Below are positions 27,421 through 39,328 of a stretch of DNA of 64,000 nucleotides, in pieces; position 1 is the stretch's first letter; each line of letters begins with the position of its first letter. The notes under the pieces are model-generated. The model ran no database searches, was not told the DNA's origin, and saw only the letters and a program-made list of their open reading frames with translations. Both the position numbers and the translations under genes were made by a program. Source of the stretch: Mobula hypostoma (taxonomy: Eukaryota); the NCBI RefSeq assembly GCF_963921235.1, contig NC_086097.1:141672001-141736000 (forward strand). The letters are read 5' to 3'.

Positions 27421-27737
27421 ATTGTGTTTCTTTGTATTTACTGTGTATGCCTGCAAAAAAATGAATCTTGGGGTTGTATATGGTGACATATATGTACTTT
27501 GATAATAAATTAACTTTGAACTTATGGTCTTATAGTCTAATGTCCTGCCTAACGCCTCCATAACTGGCCCTGATTTTAACCTCTGGACCATTTTGTTTTC
27601 AAGGGCTGGGGTGAAAGGGCTTAGGTGAGCAGTGAGATATCAGGGACTGATAGAATCAACAGTTGCAATTGGGGAGAGGAATGGTATTCATAGAGTCATA
27701 GAATAATGCAGCACAGAAACAAGCCCTTAAGGTCTAT

Positions 27738-29619
27738 TGTTAGGGTGTATTCTTGAGTGAGGGTATATAGCAAATATTAATTTCAACAGCAACCAGTCTT
27801 CAAATTTGAATGTGGATTGCAGATTGAATTTAAAATGCACCTCAGAACATTGGTCTTCTTGGAGCTGCAGACTGGGGTTGATTGCAAAACAGGAAACACC
27901 CACTCACCTGAGATGCCTAGTTATATATGGTGCAACGAGAGAGACAGAGGTGATTAACACTCATTTTGGGTGCGTTGCTGCGAAGATCTACATGTTTGAA
28001 ATTTTGTGCAACTGAAAGGAAACATTACGAATGCATTGTAAATTGTTACCTTTGTTCTTTTATGTACAAAATGTAATGTAATATTGGGTTAGGAGGCCTC
28101 TTCTTCCAAGAGTCCTCCAGTAAGATGCCTGTTGTTGTCCGGAATAAACACTTCTGTATCACCAGCTTTAGTGTATCCTGGTAACTTCATTCACAGTCAC
28201 AACATTTGGGGGCTCTTCTGGGATATGTTTGTATCCCATTGTTTGGCCGGCGATCTCAGCAGTCTAAGTAGGTGAGTACTTTTTTAAAAACGCAAACATG
28301 AGGAAATCTGCAGATGCTGGAAATTCAAGCATTAGGGTTGACGAAGGGTCTCGGCCCGAAAAGTCGACTGTGCTTCTTCCTATGGATGCTGCCTGGCCTG
28401 CTGTGTTCCACCAGCATTTTGTGTGTGTTGAGTATTTTTTTAAGATTAGTACTCACACTTAGGTCTGTTCAAGTCAATGTCACAGGATCACGAAATATCA
28501 TGAACACGGCGGAGAACTGGTAGATATAAAAAGTAGTGTGGAGTGTGTGTGCATGCATATGTGTTTATGTAAGAGTCCAGACATTTTTGTGTAATTTAAT
28601 GACACAAGGTCACCATTTGCAAAAGGTGGTTGCTGACCGTCCAGGACACCAGTGGGGTGTATGTATACTTCTTCGGGGAACTGCATAGTAGCAGACTCAT
28701 TTGCGAGTGTGTTTTATGTGTTTTAAGAATAAGCATGACACCTTGGTATAACAGTTTTAAATGGAAAGGAATACAACACACATTATGAGTTCAGATCCAC
28801 ATAAGTGGAAGATAGCAGTGTATGTACTCTGTCGTTTTAAGTAGCTAATGTTTAATTTTTATCCACCATTTATATTTTGTATAGTGTGAGAATTAGTGTG
28901 GAGATATTTGAGAGAGAGGTTATACCTAGAAATATCCATTGGGATGGTACCTTTTGAGGTCAGGCAATGTCAGATCGAGAACCCTGACCAGTCATTGACC
29001 TTGATTACAACAATCCATAAGCTCTTCACCCCGGGGAAAAGCAGAACATTTTGTCAGAGGTGTCCTCACTTAAAGTTGCCTGTGGGAATGCTGAATTCTA
29101 GCGCAAGCTCAAGGAAATGATTGAAGTTCACCAGATGCACCCCAAAAATATACATGTGTTGGTGAAAGCAAAAAACCCGAGGAATATGAGGGACAGTACG
29201 GCCCAGGTAGTGCAGGATGGTACATGGGCAACTACCAGAAATGCCAACAATGAAGAGAGGTATTGCTTCTTTAAAAGGGAAGTGAAGCAGCAACTGTGGG
29301 GGAGGGGGGTTGAGAGTAACTGGGGAACAATAAGTGAGTGGTTCAGAAAGCTGATGAGCTTGTCATCGATTATGCAGAAGGTATATATCAATTGTATGAG
29401 TATTCAGGATTAGATAATGCAGGGAGAAATTACCCAGTCTTCTTGAAAATGCTTAAAGAAGGCCTGAGCTCAGCCCACCAGGAAGTTTTAGATTTGGGGA
29501 TAGCAATGGGATCAACCACTGAGAGTGTCTCCAGTATGATGCCTGCTTGATGTCCGGAATAAAGACTTCTACGTCACCAGTTTCAGTATCTCCTGGTGAC
29601 TTCATTCATAGTCACAGCA
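27738..29619 (+). mobile_element. Internally deleted endogenous retrovirus (class I-like, tRNA-Pro primed): 5' LTR, PBS, gag remnant, partial 3' LTR
   Basis: LTR 27738-28204 (TG...CA, AATAAA); PBS TGGGGGCTCTTCTGGGAT at 28207-28224 (16/18 to the tRNA-Pro PBS); donor-like taggtgagta; gag-like remnant at about 29117-29520; LTR 3' end repeated at about 29523-29619; 5-bp TSD TCTAT at 27733-27737 and 29620-29624. Confidence 0.85.
28288..28428 (+). mobile_element. Short Penelope-derived hammerhead module (degenerate core) inserted in the ERV leader
   Basis: ttgacgaagggtctcggcccgaaaagtcgactg plus the conserved tail; TSD of about 15 bp tgagta(c/t)ttttttaa on both sides. Confidence 0.8.
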
Positions 29620-30308
29620 TCTATGACAACCATTATGCCCATCTTAGCTAGTCTCTTTAATCTACATTTGACCCATATCTCTCTAAATCTTCCCTATGTA
29701 CCTATCCAAGCATCTTCCAAATGCTGTTGTTATTCTTTCCTCGACCACTCCTCTGGAAAGCTCATTCTATATGTGCACCACCATCTACATGAAGAAGTTG
29801 CCTCTGACATCCCTATTAAATCTTTCCCCACTCATCTTGAACCTTTGTTCTCCCTATGACTCCTACACTTAATGCCCTGACTGATGAAGACCAGCATGCC
29901 AAACACCTTCTTTACTAAACCAGGTTGACAGATCAGTATTTGGTCCTTGAGACTTGGGACAATACCAGAGCCAGAAAGCAGGATGGCAGCAGGTGCAAGA
30001 TCACAGTAAGGAGGTCCAAAGCTTGGCTTACCAATAAGATAATATTGTTCCAGAAGAGACCAAGAACAGACACTCCCACAACTAGGTGGTTCACTCCCCA
30101 TGTAATATTTCCAAAGGATTGCTATATGTAAAAAAAGCATCAACATGTGCATACTGGTATGTAACTTGGGGATATTGGGGATGAAGTTAAATAAGTAGAC
30201 TTATGGGATTTATCTGGAAAAGGCAGTTTGTCAGAATTCATAATTTTCAATTTCGTAATTGTAAGATATATTAATGTTATGAAATTCTGACATAACATGA
30301 AATGAAAT

Positions 30309-30998
30309 ACACTCAGTCCCTCCTGTATCTAATAAAATAGCCAATGAATGTATGTTAACAACAAACAGCTCCATCCCTCCCCCTCCTGTCTTCTCCTATC
30401 ATTTTGGATCTTCCCCTCCCCCTCCCACTTTCAAATCTCTTACTAACTCTTCTTTCAGTTAGTCCTGACGAAGGGTCTCGGCCTGAAACATCGACTGTAC
30501 CTCTTCCTAGAGATGCTGCCTGGCCTGCTGCGTTCACCAGCAACTTTGATGTGTGTTGAATGAATGTATGTTCATAGTTTGCTGTAGCCCATCCACTTTA
30601 AGGTTTGACATGTTGTGCACTGAGCGATGCTCTTCTGTGCACACTTATGATGTAGCACATGGTTATTGGAAGTTATTGTCGAGTTTCTGTAAGTTTAAAC
30701 CAGTCTGGCCATTCTCCTCTGACTTCTCTCACTAAGAAGGTGTTTTCGTCCAAAAAACTGTCGCTCATTTGATGTTTTTTTTCTCACACCATTCTCTGTA
30801 AACTCAAGAGATTGATGTGCATGAAAATCCCAGGAGATCAGCAGTTTCTGAGATACTCAAACCACTCCATCTGGTACTAATAATCATTCCATGGTCAAAG
30901 TCACAAAGATCACATTTCTTCCCCATTCTAATGTTTGGTTTGAATTAGATACTTATATTATTGAGCAGGTGTACCTAATAAAGTTGTCACTGAGTGTA
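30309..30998 (-). mobile_element. Non-autonomous Tc1/mariner-type element, interrupted by a PLE fragment
   Basis: Ends tacactcagt ... aataaagttgtcactgagtgta; same family as 55208-55747. Confidence 0.7.
30357..30558 (+). mobile_element. Penelope 3' end (pLTR) fragment with hammerhead motif
   Basis: Near-identical to 39176-39324; cagttagtcctgacgaagggtctcggcctgaaacatcgactg; 14-bp TSD AATGAATGTATGTT at 30343-30356 and 30559-30572. Confidence 0.88.
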
Positions 30999-31049
30999 TA
31001 CATTATGTAATTAAATTTCTACTCCTATGTGAGTACTAAGCAACTCATA

Positions 31050-31362
31050 AACACAAGAGATTCTGAAGATGCTAGAAATCCACAGCGACAAAAACAAAAT
31101 GCTAGAGGAACTCAGCAGATCAGGCAGCATTTATGGAAATGAATAAACAGTTGACATTTCTGGCTGAGACCCTTCTTCAGGACTTAGCTATTTAAATTGT
31201 TGCTGAAACTAAGTATAACGTTATGAAATCCAATCATAGACAAGAGAAAATCTGCAGACGCTAAAAATCCAAGCAACACACCAAAATGCTGAAGGAACTG
31301 GCAGGCCAGGCAGCATCTATGGAAAACAGTACAGTTGATGTTTCAGGCAGAGACCCCTCAGC
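31050..31362 (-). mobile_element. Two older tandem PLE hammerhead-tail copies
   Basis: Reverse complement agtcctgaagaagggtctcagccagaaatgtcaactg (about 31148-31184) and a second copy at about 31240-31362, both with the ctgctgagttcctc...gcatctgcag-type tail. Confidence 0.75.
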
Positions 31363-31536
31363 ATACATAAAGTTATGAACGCTACAAGTGCAACATTGAC
31401 TTTTCAAAATAAATGTATGCTGCAATAAGAAGAACTTTTTTAATGCAAGTCAGTATCAGAAACCTGATATCAGAATGTATACATTCAACTGAAAGTACTT
31501 TGGAGAAGATACCTGTTTATAATTAATGGTACTTAC

Positions 31537-31653
31537 ATCTTGACGTTCTATTCCTTTCTCGTAGTATTCAGTTTCCATCTCCAAATACTCAATAATCTTT
31601 CTAATAATAACTGGTGCATTGACACCTTTTACATAATCCACGATCTTACCAGC
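31537..31653 (-). CDS. NME8: NME8/NME9-like gene, coding exon 5: AGKIVDYVKGVNAPVIIRKIIEYLEMETEYYEKGIERQD
   Basis: ttattag acceptor and gtaagt donor; 117 nt, phase 0-0; matches the Trx C-terminal G(A/V)NAP motif of NME8/9. Confidence 0.92.
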
Positions 31654-32258
31654 CTAATAAAGAAGAAAATTTCACAGAACTCTTAGTGCAGATGGAAACT
31701 ATTCAGCTTTTCATGTCTGCACCAGCTCTATGAAAGAGCACTGCAGCCAGTTCCACTCCCTCCCCTTACCAGAGCCTTGCAAATCCTTTCCTCTGAATCT
31801 TCATTTACTGCCATCCATGTGTATTCCAGTTGATTTATTTGTTGTGTAAGATGTTTTTCTTTATAGTACTCTTTTTTAACCTATTATTTTCAATGTTTGT
31901 CTCAGCCCTTGATCCTTTCACTGATAGGAACAGCTTTTCTTTCTCTGTTCTATTTATACCATTTATATTATAAATAATCTTTCAGATCCCCTTGCATGTT
32001 CCTCAGTTCCAAGGCGAACAATCAAGACTTGGCTAGTCTATTGACATAACTTAAGTCTCTCATCCTTTGAAGCTTTTGAGGAAATTTCCTCTCTACCTTC
32101 TTTAGAACCATCATATATTTCCTAAATAGAGCACCCATAGCTAGACACAATATTCCATTTATGGCTGAACCTGTGTTTTATAAACATTCATTTTGTCTTC
32201 CTCATTAAAAATTTCATGTCTATAATAGTTTTCAGTAAACATTAATATTTTTACTCAC

Positions 32259-32330
32259 CACAATAAACAAGAAGGCAGGTTCACATTTTCCATCAAATCC
32301 TTGTAGCAATGGAATGAGGCTAGCTTGAAC
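32259..32330 (-). CDS. NME8: NME8/NME9-like gene, coding exon 4: VQASLIPLLQGFDGKCEPAFLFIV
   Basis: ttccaag acceptor and gtgagt donor; 72 nt, phase 0-0; KCEPxFLF motif typical of the family. Confidence 0.93.
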
Positions 32331-32413
32331 CTTGGAAGTAAAATTGTAACGATTAATTTCTGCTTTGAATGGAGCATTTTCCAGAATTCTTTTCATACTT
32401 TACAAATACTTAC

Positions 32414-32517
32414 TGTGTGAAAATGTAACAGCTCTTCCCCAAATTCCATTTTCAATCTCCTGAACGTACTTAAGATTGCTTTACATGGTCCACACCAGCC
32501 TTGATGAACATCCACTA
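32414..32517 (-). CDS. NME8: NME8/NME9-like gene, coding exon 3 (thioredoxin active site): (V)VDVHQGWCGPCKAILSTFRRLKMEFGEELLHFHT
   Basis: atttcag acceptor and gtaagt donor; 104 nt, phase 1 to 0; WCGPC motif. Confidence 0.95.
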
Positions 32518-33735
32518 CTGAAATATTGTATAGTAGATTCAGCTATTAATTTACATAACTACATACTCATTTATTAAGGAAGTGAGAATATTAAGATATA
32601 CAGTGAATTGAAGATGAATGATCTTTATAATGTATTTTAAACTATTAAGTCTATTTAATCTACAAAGTTTGTATAATCTTTTCCACCATCTTCAAGAGGC
32701 AGTACCTCAAGAAAATACTAAAGGTCTTAACAAACTGGACATACCCTCTTCTCATTAAACTGTAAGATATAGGAGCAGAATTAGGCCATTTGACTCGTTG
32801 AATCTGCTCTGTCATTCCATCATGGCTGAACCAATTTTCGTCTCAGCCCCAATCTCTTGCTTTCTCCACATATCCCTTCGTGCCCTGAGCAATCAAGAAT
32901 CTATCAAACTCTGCCTTAAATATACATAAAGACTTGGCCTCCACAGCTACCTGTGGCAAAGAATTCCACAGATTCACCGCCCCCTGGCTAAAGAAATTCC
33001 CCCTCATCTCGATTCTAAAAGGGTGCCCTCTATTCTGAGGCTGTGTCCTCTGGTCTTAGCCTCTCTCACAACAGGAAACATCCTCTCCACATCCACTCTA
33101 TCAAGACCTTTCAACATTCAATAGGTTTCAATGAGGTCACCCCTCATTCTTCATTCTTCTGAATTCCAGTGAATACAGGCCCAGAGCCATCAGACACTCT
33201 TCACATGACAAGCCATTCAATCCTGAAATCATTTTTGTGAATCTCCTTTGAACCCTCTCCAGTTTCAGCACATCCTTTCAAAGATAAGGAGCCCAAACTT
33301 GTTCACAATATTCTAAGTGAGGCCTTACCAGTGCTTTATAAAGTTTCAGCATTACATCTTTGCTTTTATATTCTAGTCCTCTTGAAATGAATGCTAACAC
33401 TGCATTTGCCTTCCTCACCACAGACTCAACCTGCAAATTAACCCTTAGGGAATCCTGCACAAGGACTCCCAAGTCCCTTTGCATCTCAGTTTTTTTGTAT
33501 TTTCTCTCCATTTAGAAAATAGTCAACTCTTTCATTTCTTCTACTTAAGTGCATGACCATACACTTCCCAACACTGTATTCTATCTGCCATTTCTTTGCC
33601 CTTTCTCCTAAGTCCTACCGTAGCCTCTCTACTTCCTCAAAACTACCTGCCCCTCCACTTACCTTCATAATGTCTGCAAACTTTGCAACAAAGCCATCAA
33701 TTCCATCATCCAAATCATTGACATATAACCTAATA

Positions 33736-35364
33736 CAGGTTTCCCCGTCAGCCGAAGGTAGAGCGTTCCTATGAAACGGTTCGTAAGCCGAAATTTCGTA
33801 AAGCAAAGAAGTAATTACCGTTTATTTATATGGGAAAATTTTGTGAGCGTTTGCAGACCCAAAACTAACCTACCAAATCATGCCAAATAACACATAAAAC
33901 CTAAAATAAGAGTAACATATAGTAAAAGCAGGAATGATATGATAAATACACAGTCTATATAAAGTAGAAATACTTTTCCACAATCATTACTGAACTGTTC
34001 TCCATAGCGAAAATCTCACGCAAGCGCCGTCAGCAGAAAATCTCACGCAAGCGCTGTTGGCAAAAACACGGCGCAAGTGCTCTCCAGTAACCTTTAAGCT
34101 ATGAAGCTGCCAAATCATATGTAAAAATACACAGCCGATATAAAGTAGAAATAATGTATGTACAGTGTAGTATCACTTACTGGAATCGGGAAGACAGCTT
34201 GCCGAGCACACTGATGATAGTGTGTTAGGCTGAGTCGTCGCAGGCTGGGGTGATGCAGTGGCACCCACCCTCTAGGCCGCCGAGTGATACATTGTCACGA
34301 GGTATGCAGGCGTCCAGCGGTAGCCAGGAGGCACACAGCACATCTTTAAGAAAAAAGCCGAAATAAACATGCTAATTAATTAGGTGCTGCCCAGCACGTA
34401 ATTGTCGGCCCAGATCAGTGCCGATTGCATCGCCTTTGATCTGAGCTGACATTTACGTGTGGGGCGGCACCTAATTAATTAGCATGTTTATTTCAGCTTT
34501 TTTTTTAAAGATGTGCTATGTGCCTCCCGGCTACCGCTGCATTCTCTGCGAATCGGTACAGTATCTGTCCGGGGCCTGGGTGTTGGGGTGGTGGGACACC
34601 GGGGTGTCATCTCGTCATCTGTGTCTATTAGAGCAGGCAGCTCATCTTCTCCTGTGACTGCCCGCCTCGATGTCGAAGGTCGAGGTTCGTCGTCTGCTGT
34701 AGCTGATGTGGAAGGCTTGCTTGACTGCTGAGCCTCACGCATTTTTCTATCATACAGTTCTCTATAAGGACTCAAACTATCTTGCAAATATCCCCTAAAC
34801 CTATGTACCCTTTCAAAATTAAAGTCGTACTTTATCATTGCAGCAAAAATCTCACACAGTTGCTTCACGTTCATTTCACTACTGCATTTGGTTTCGACTG
34901 TTATCGTTTCCTCTTCCAATTGCAAAAGCTCTTCATCCGTCAGTTCTTGGTCATGGGATGCCAAAACCTCTTCAACATCATGTTCGTCAGCTTCCACAAG
35001 CCAAACTCACTTTCCTTACTTCGTTCACCACGATCAAAATGCTTAATTATGTCTAGTTTTACGCTAAGTGTTACACCCTTACGAGCTCTTTCAGGCCGTT
35101 CCGACACCATGAACTCATCTTGCAAACGGCTGCTCATGGGCACGTGTTTAAGCAATGCCAGTGAGAATGCAGTTCCGAATCCGGGGGAGAGCGGCTGCTC
35201 AGGGCGCGCGCTGCCTTTTATCGTGCGCTGATTTTTTTATCGCGCGCTGCTTTTTTTTCGTAACAGTGAAAACACCTTCTGAAAGCGAAAACAGGGTACT
35301 AATGTCGGTCTTTCGTAACAGTGAGGTTTCGTAAAGCGAACATTCGGAAAGTGGGGGACACCTG
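33736..35364 (-). mobile_element. Tigger/pogo-type DNA transposon, internally deleted
   Basis: TA-flanked TIRs CAGGTTTCCCC / GGGGACACCTG; CENP-B-like N-terminus RARKGVTLSVKLDIIKHFDRGE joined to acidic C-terminus DVEEVLASHDQELTDEELLQLEEE; DDE core absent. Confidence 0.88.
34315..34539. repeat. Long hairpin (arms about 105 bp, short spacer) inside the Tigger-like element
   Basis: cagcggtagcc...aaataaacatgctaattaattaggtgc...cagatca mirrored by tgatctg...gcacctaattaattagcatgtttattt...ggctaccgctg. Confidence 0.9.
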
Positions 35365-36607
35365 TAAGTATCGGGCCCAACACAGGGCCCCTGTGGAACA
35401 CCACTAGTCACCAACATCCATTCAGGAAAGTCTCCCTTTATCCTTACTCTTGCCTCCTGCCAATCAGCCACTGCTTTATCCATTGTAGAATTTTTTCCGT
35501 AATACCATGGGCTTGTAGCTTGTTAAGCAGCCTCATGTATGACACCTTGTCAAAGGCCTTCTGAAAATCCAAGTACACAACATCAATCGATTCTCCTTTG
35601 TCTATCCTGCTTGTTACATCTTCAAAGAATTCCAACAGATTTGTCAGGCAAGATTTTCCCTTGAGGAAACCATGCTGACTATGGCCTATTTTATCATATG
35701 CCTCCAAGTAAAGTTAGTCCCCCTCCAGTTTAGGTGCAAACTATCCCTTCTGTACACATCCCACCTTCCTTGGAAGAGAGACCAACTCCTTAGTCACATA
35801 TTAAACTGTATAATCTTCCTAGTTCTGGCCTTACTAGCACAAGGCATGGGTAGCAATCCTGAAATCACAACTCTGGAGGTCCTTCCTTCTAAATTAGCAC
35901 CTAATTCCCTGAAATCCCTATGCAGAACCTCATCACTCATCCTACCTATATCATTTGTACCTACACGGACCACAACTTCTGGCTGTTCACCCTCCTACTG
36001 AGGACTCAATCCGAGATATCCCAGAGCCTGGCACCTGGGAGGCAACAGACCATCTGGGAATCTCATTCTGGCCCACTGAGCCTCCTGTGCGTTCTCCTAA
36101 CTAATGAATCCCCTATCACCACAGCATGCCTCTTCTTCCCCCTTCCTGTCTGAGCTACAGAGGCAAACTTAGTGCCAGAGACCTGACCACTGTGACTTTC
36201 TTCTGCTAGGTCATTCACATCCCCCCCCCCCCGCCCCCAACAGTATCAGAAGTGATATACCTGTTGTTGAGGGGGATGGCCACAGGGGCACTCTGCACTG
36301 GCTCCTTAACCCCTTTCTGTTTCCTGACTGTTACCCAGTTTCCTATGTCCTAGTGTAACTACCTCTCTATATGTCCTATCTATCACTCCTTCAGTCTCCT
36401 GAATGATCCAGAGTTCATCCTTAGCGTGGTTTGATAGAAGCTGCAGCTGGATGCAATTCTTGCCAGTTACTACCATTGAGAAGGAGGTACAGGAACCTCA
36501 AGACCCAAACTCAGTGATTCAGGAAGTGATTTTACCCAGCTACCATCAGATTTCTGAATGGTCCATGAACCTATGAATGCTATGTCATTATTCCTTTTTT
36601 TGTCGCA

Positions 36608-36750
36608 AATACGAGGAAATCTGCAGATGCTGGAATTTCAAGCAATACACATAAAAATTGCTGGTGAACACAGCAGGCCAGGCAGCATCTATAGGCAGAG
36701 GTACAGTCCACGTTTCGGGCCGAGACCCTTTGTGAGGACTAACTGAAAGA
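36608..36750 (-). mobile_element. PLE hammerhead-tail copy with mutated core
   Basis: Reverse complement cagttagtcctcacaaagggtctcggcccgaaacgtggactg (CUGAnGA and GUC mutated) plus the conserved tail. Confidence 0.85.
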
Positions 36751-37163
36751 AAAAAAATCCTTTCTTTGTACTGTTTTAAAATTTATAGTAATTTTATATC
36801 ATTGCACTGTATTGCTGCCATAAAACAACGAATTTCATGTCATACAAGAAAATGATAATAAATCTGATTATGATTCTATTATAATAATATGTAGTGCACA
36901 ATGTAAAATGGTTATGATAAATCAAAAGCAACTATTACATTACAAGAGTATTCTGGTTCATGTATTGCATCTTTGAAGATTTTTCTGAATGTACTCTTGA
37001 AATAAATGAAGTGACCTTAATTTATTTTTGCCTTTATGATGCTACACTCAATGAAAAGTTCTGCTGATGTCAAGGGAAGTTATTCTCATTCCAACTCTGG
37101 AATTCAGCTTGTAAGTCCATTTTTAGATCAAAGCTGGAGACAAGAGATCATAGGGATTGTAAA

Positions 37164-39328
37164 CACCAGGAATTCTGCAGATGCTGGAAATTCAAGCAAC
37201 AAACATCAAAGTTGCTGGTGAACACAGCAGGCCAGGCAGCATCTCTAGGAAGAGGTACAGTCGACGTTTCGGGCTGAGACCCTTCATCAGGACTAACTGA
37301 AAGAAGAGCTAGTAAGAGATTTGAAAGTGGGAGGGGGAGGGGAGATCCAAAATGATAGGAGAAGACAGGAGGGGGAGGGATGGAGCCAAGAGCTGGACAG
37401 TTGATTGGCAAAAGGGATATGAGAGGATCATGGGACAGGAAGCCCAGGGAGAAAGAAAAGTTGGGGTGGGGGGAACCCAGAGGATAGGCAAGGGGTATAG
37501 CGAGAGGGACAGAGGGAGAAAAAGGAGAGTGAGAGAAAGAATGTGTGTATATAAATAAATAACGGATGGGGTATGAGGGGGAGGTGGGGCTTTAGCGGAA
37601 GTTTGAGAAGTCAATGTTCATGCCATCAGGTTGGAGGCTACCCAGATGGAATATAAGGTATTCTTCCTCCAACCTGAGTGTGGCTTCATCTTTACAGTAA
37701 AGGAGGCCGTGGATAGACATATTGGAATGGGAATGGGACGTGGAATTAAAATGTGTGGCCACTGGGAGATCCTGTTTCTCTGGCGGACAGAGCGTAGGTG
37801 TTCAGCAAAACGATCTCCCAGTCTGCGTCGGGTCTCGCCAATATATAGAAGGCCACATCGGGAGCACCGGACGCAGTATATCACCCCAGCCGACTCACAG
37901 GTGACGTGTCACCTGGAAGGCCTGTTTGGGGTCCTGAATGGTGGTAAGGGAGGAAGTGTAAGGGCATGTGTAGCACTTGTTCCGCTTACAAGGATAAGTG
38001 CCAGGAGGGAGATCGGTGGGGAGGGATGGGGGGGACGAATGGACAAGGGAGTCGCATAGGGAGCAATCCCTGTGGAAAGCAAAGAGAGGGGGAGAGGGAA
38101 AGATGTGCTTAGTGGTGGGATCCCGTTGGAAGTGGCAGAAGTTACAGAGAATAATATGTTGGATCCGGAGGCTGGTGGGGTGGTAGGTGAGGACAAGGGG
38201 AACCCTATTCCTAGTGGGGTGGTGGGAGGATGGAGTGACAGCAGATGTGTGTGAAATAGGGGAGATGTGTTTTAGAGCAGAGTTGATGGTGGAGGAAAGG
38301 AAGCTCCTTTCTTTAAAAAAGGAGGACATCTCCCTCGTCCTGGAATGAAAAGCCTCATCCTGAGAGCAGATGCGGCGGAAACGGAGGAATTGCAAGAAGG
38401 GGATGGCATTTTTGCAAGAGACAGGGTGAGAAGAGGAATAGTCCAGATAGCTGTGAGAGTCAGTAGGCTTATACTGGACATCAGTAGATAAGCTGTCTCC
38501 AGAGATAGAGACAGAAAGATCTAGAAAGTGGAGGGAGGTGTCGGAAATGGACCAGGTAAACTTGAGGGCAGGGTGAAAGTTGGAGGCAAAGTTAATGAAG
38601 TCAAGAGCTCAGCATGCGTGCAGGAAGCAGCGCCAATGCAGTCGTCAATGTAGTGAAGGAAAAGTGGGGGACAGATACCAGAATAGGTTTGGAACATAGA
38701 TTGTTCCACAAAGCCAACAAAAAGGCAGGCGAGACCCAACGCAGACTGGGAGATCGTTTCACTGAACACCTACGCACTGTCTGTCAGAGAAAGCAGGATC
38801 TCCCAGTGGCCACACATTTTAATTCCACGTCCCATTCCCATTCCGATATGTCTATCCACGGCCTCCTCTACTGTAAAGATGAAGCCACACTCAGGTTGGA
38901 GGAAGAATAACTTATATTCCATCTGGGTGGCCTCCAACCTGATGGCATGAACACTGACTTCTCAAACTTCTGCTAATGCCCCACCTCCCCCTTGTACCCC
39001 ATCCGTTATTTATTTATACACACACATTCTTTCTCTCTCTCTCCTTTTTCTCCCTCTGTCCCTCTCACTATACCCCTTGCCCATCCTCTGGGTTCCCCCC
39101 GCCCTTTTCTTTCTCCCTGGGCCTCCTGTCCCATGATTCTCTCATATCCCTTTTGCCAATCAACTGTCCAGCTCTTGGCTCCATCCCTCCCCCTCCTGTC
39201 TTCTCCTATCATTTTGGATCTCCCCCTCCCCCTCCCACTTTCAAATCTCTCACTAGCTCTTCTTTCAGTTAGTCCTGACTAAGGGTCTCGGCCTGAAACG
39301 TCGACTGTACCTCTTCCTAGAGATATTT
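37164..39328 (-). mobile_element. Penelope-like element, 5'-truncated, with inverted pLTR arrangement
   Basis: Minus part 37164-38728: RT C-terminus (YIDD, QFLRFRRICS) and GIY-YIG (IYCVRCSRCGLLYIGETRRRLGDRFAEH); plus part 38728-39324 is an inverted copy of the 3' end; 8-bp TSD ATTGTAAA at 37156-37163 and 39329-39336. Confidence 0.92.
37258..37299 (-). ncRNA. Minimal type I hammerhead ribozyme with intact core (PLE pLTR)
   Basis: 5'-cagttAGTC CTGATGA A GGGT CTCA GCCC GAAAC GTC GACTg-3': core boxes CUGAUGA / GAAAC / GUC, 4-bp stem II, stem I AGUC:GACU, palindromic ACGU in place of stem III. Activity untested. Confidence 0.8.

Larger units (their letters stand above)
32760..36440 (-). mobile_element. 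CR1 LINE, internally deleted (ORF1 remnant + RT + 3' UTR), interrupted by a Tigger-like element
   Basis: ORFs 33278-33511, 33615-33806, 35199-35707 (QHGFLKGKSCLTNLLEFFE); SGNH ORF1 remnants at 35710-36150. Confidence 0.85.

Noticed and set aside
36945..37016. Possible extra minus-strand exon (VTSFISRVHSEKSSKMQYMNQNTL)
   Set aside because: No polypyrimidine tract, no family similarity, and its phase is incompatible between exons 2 and 3, which already join correctly.
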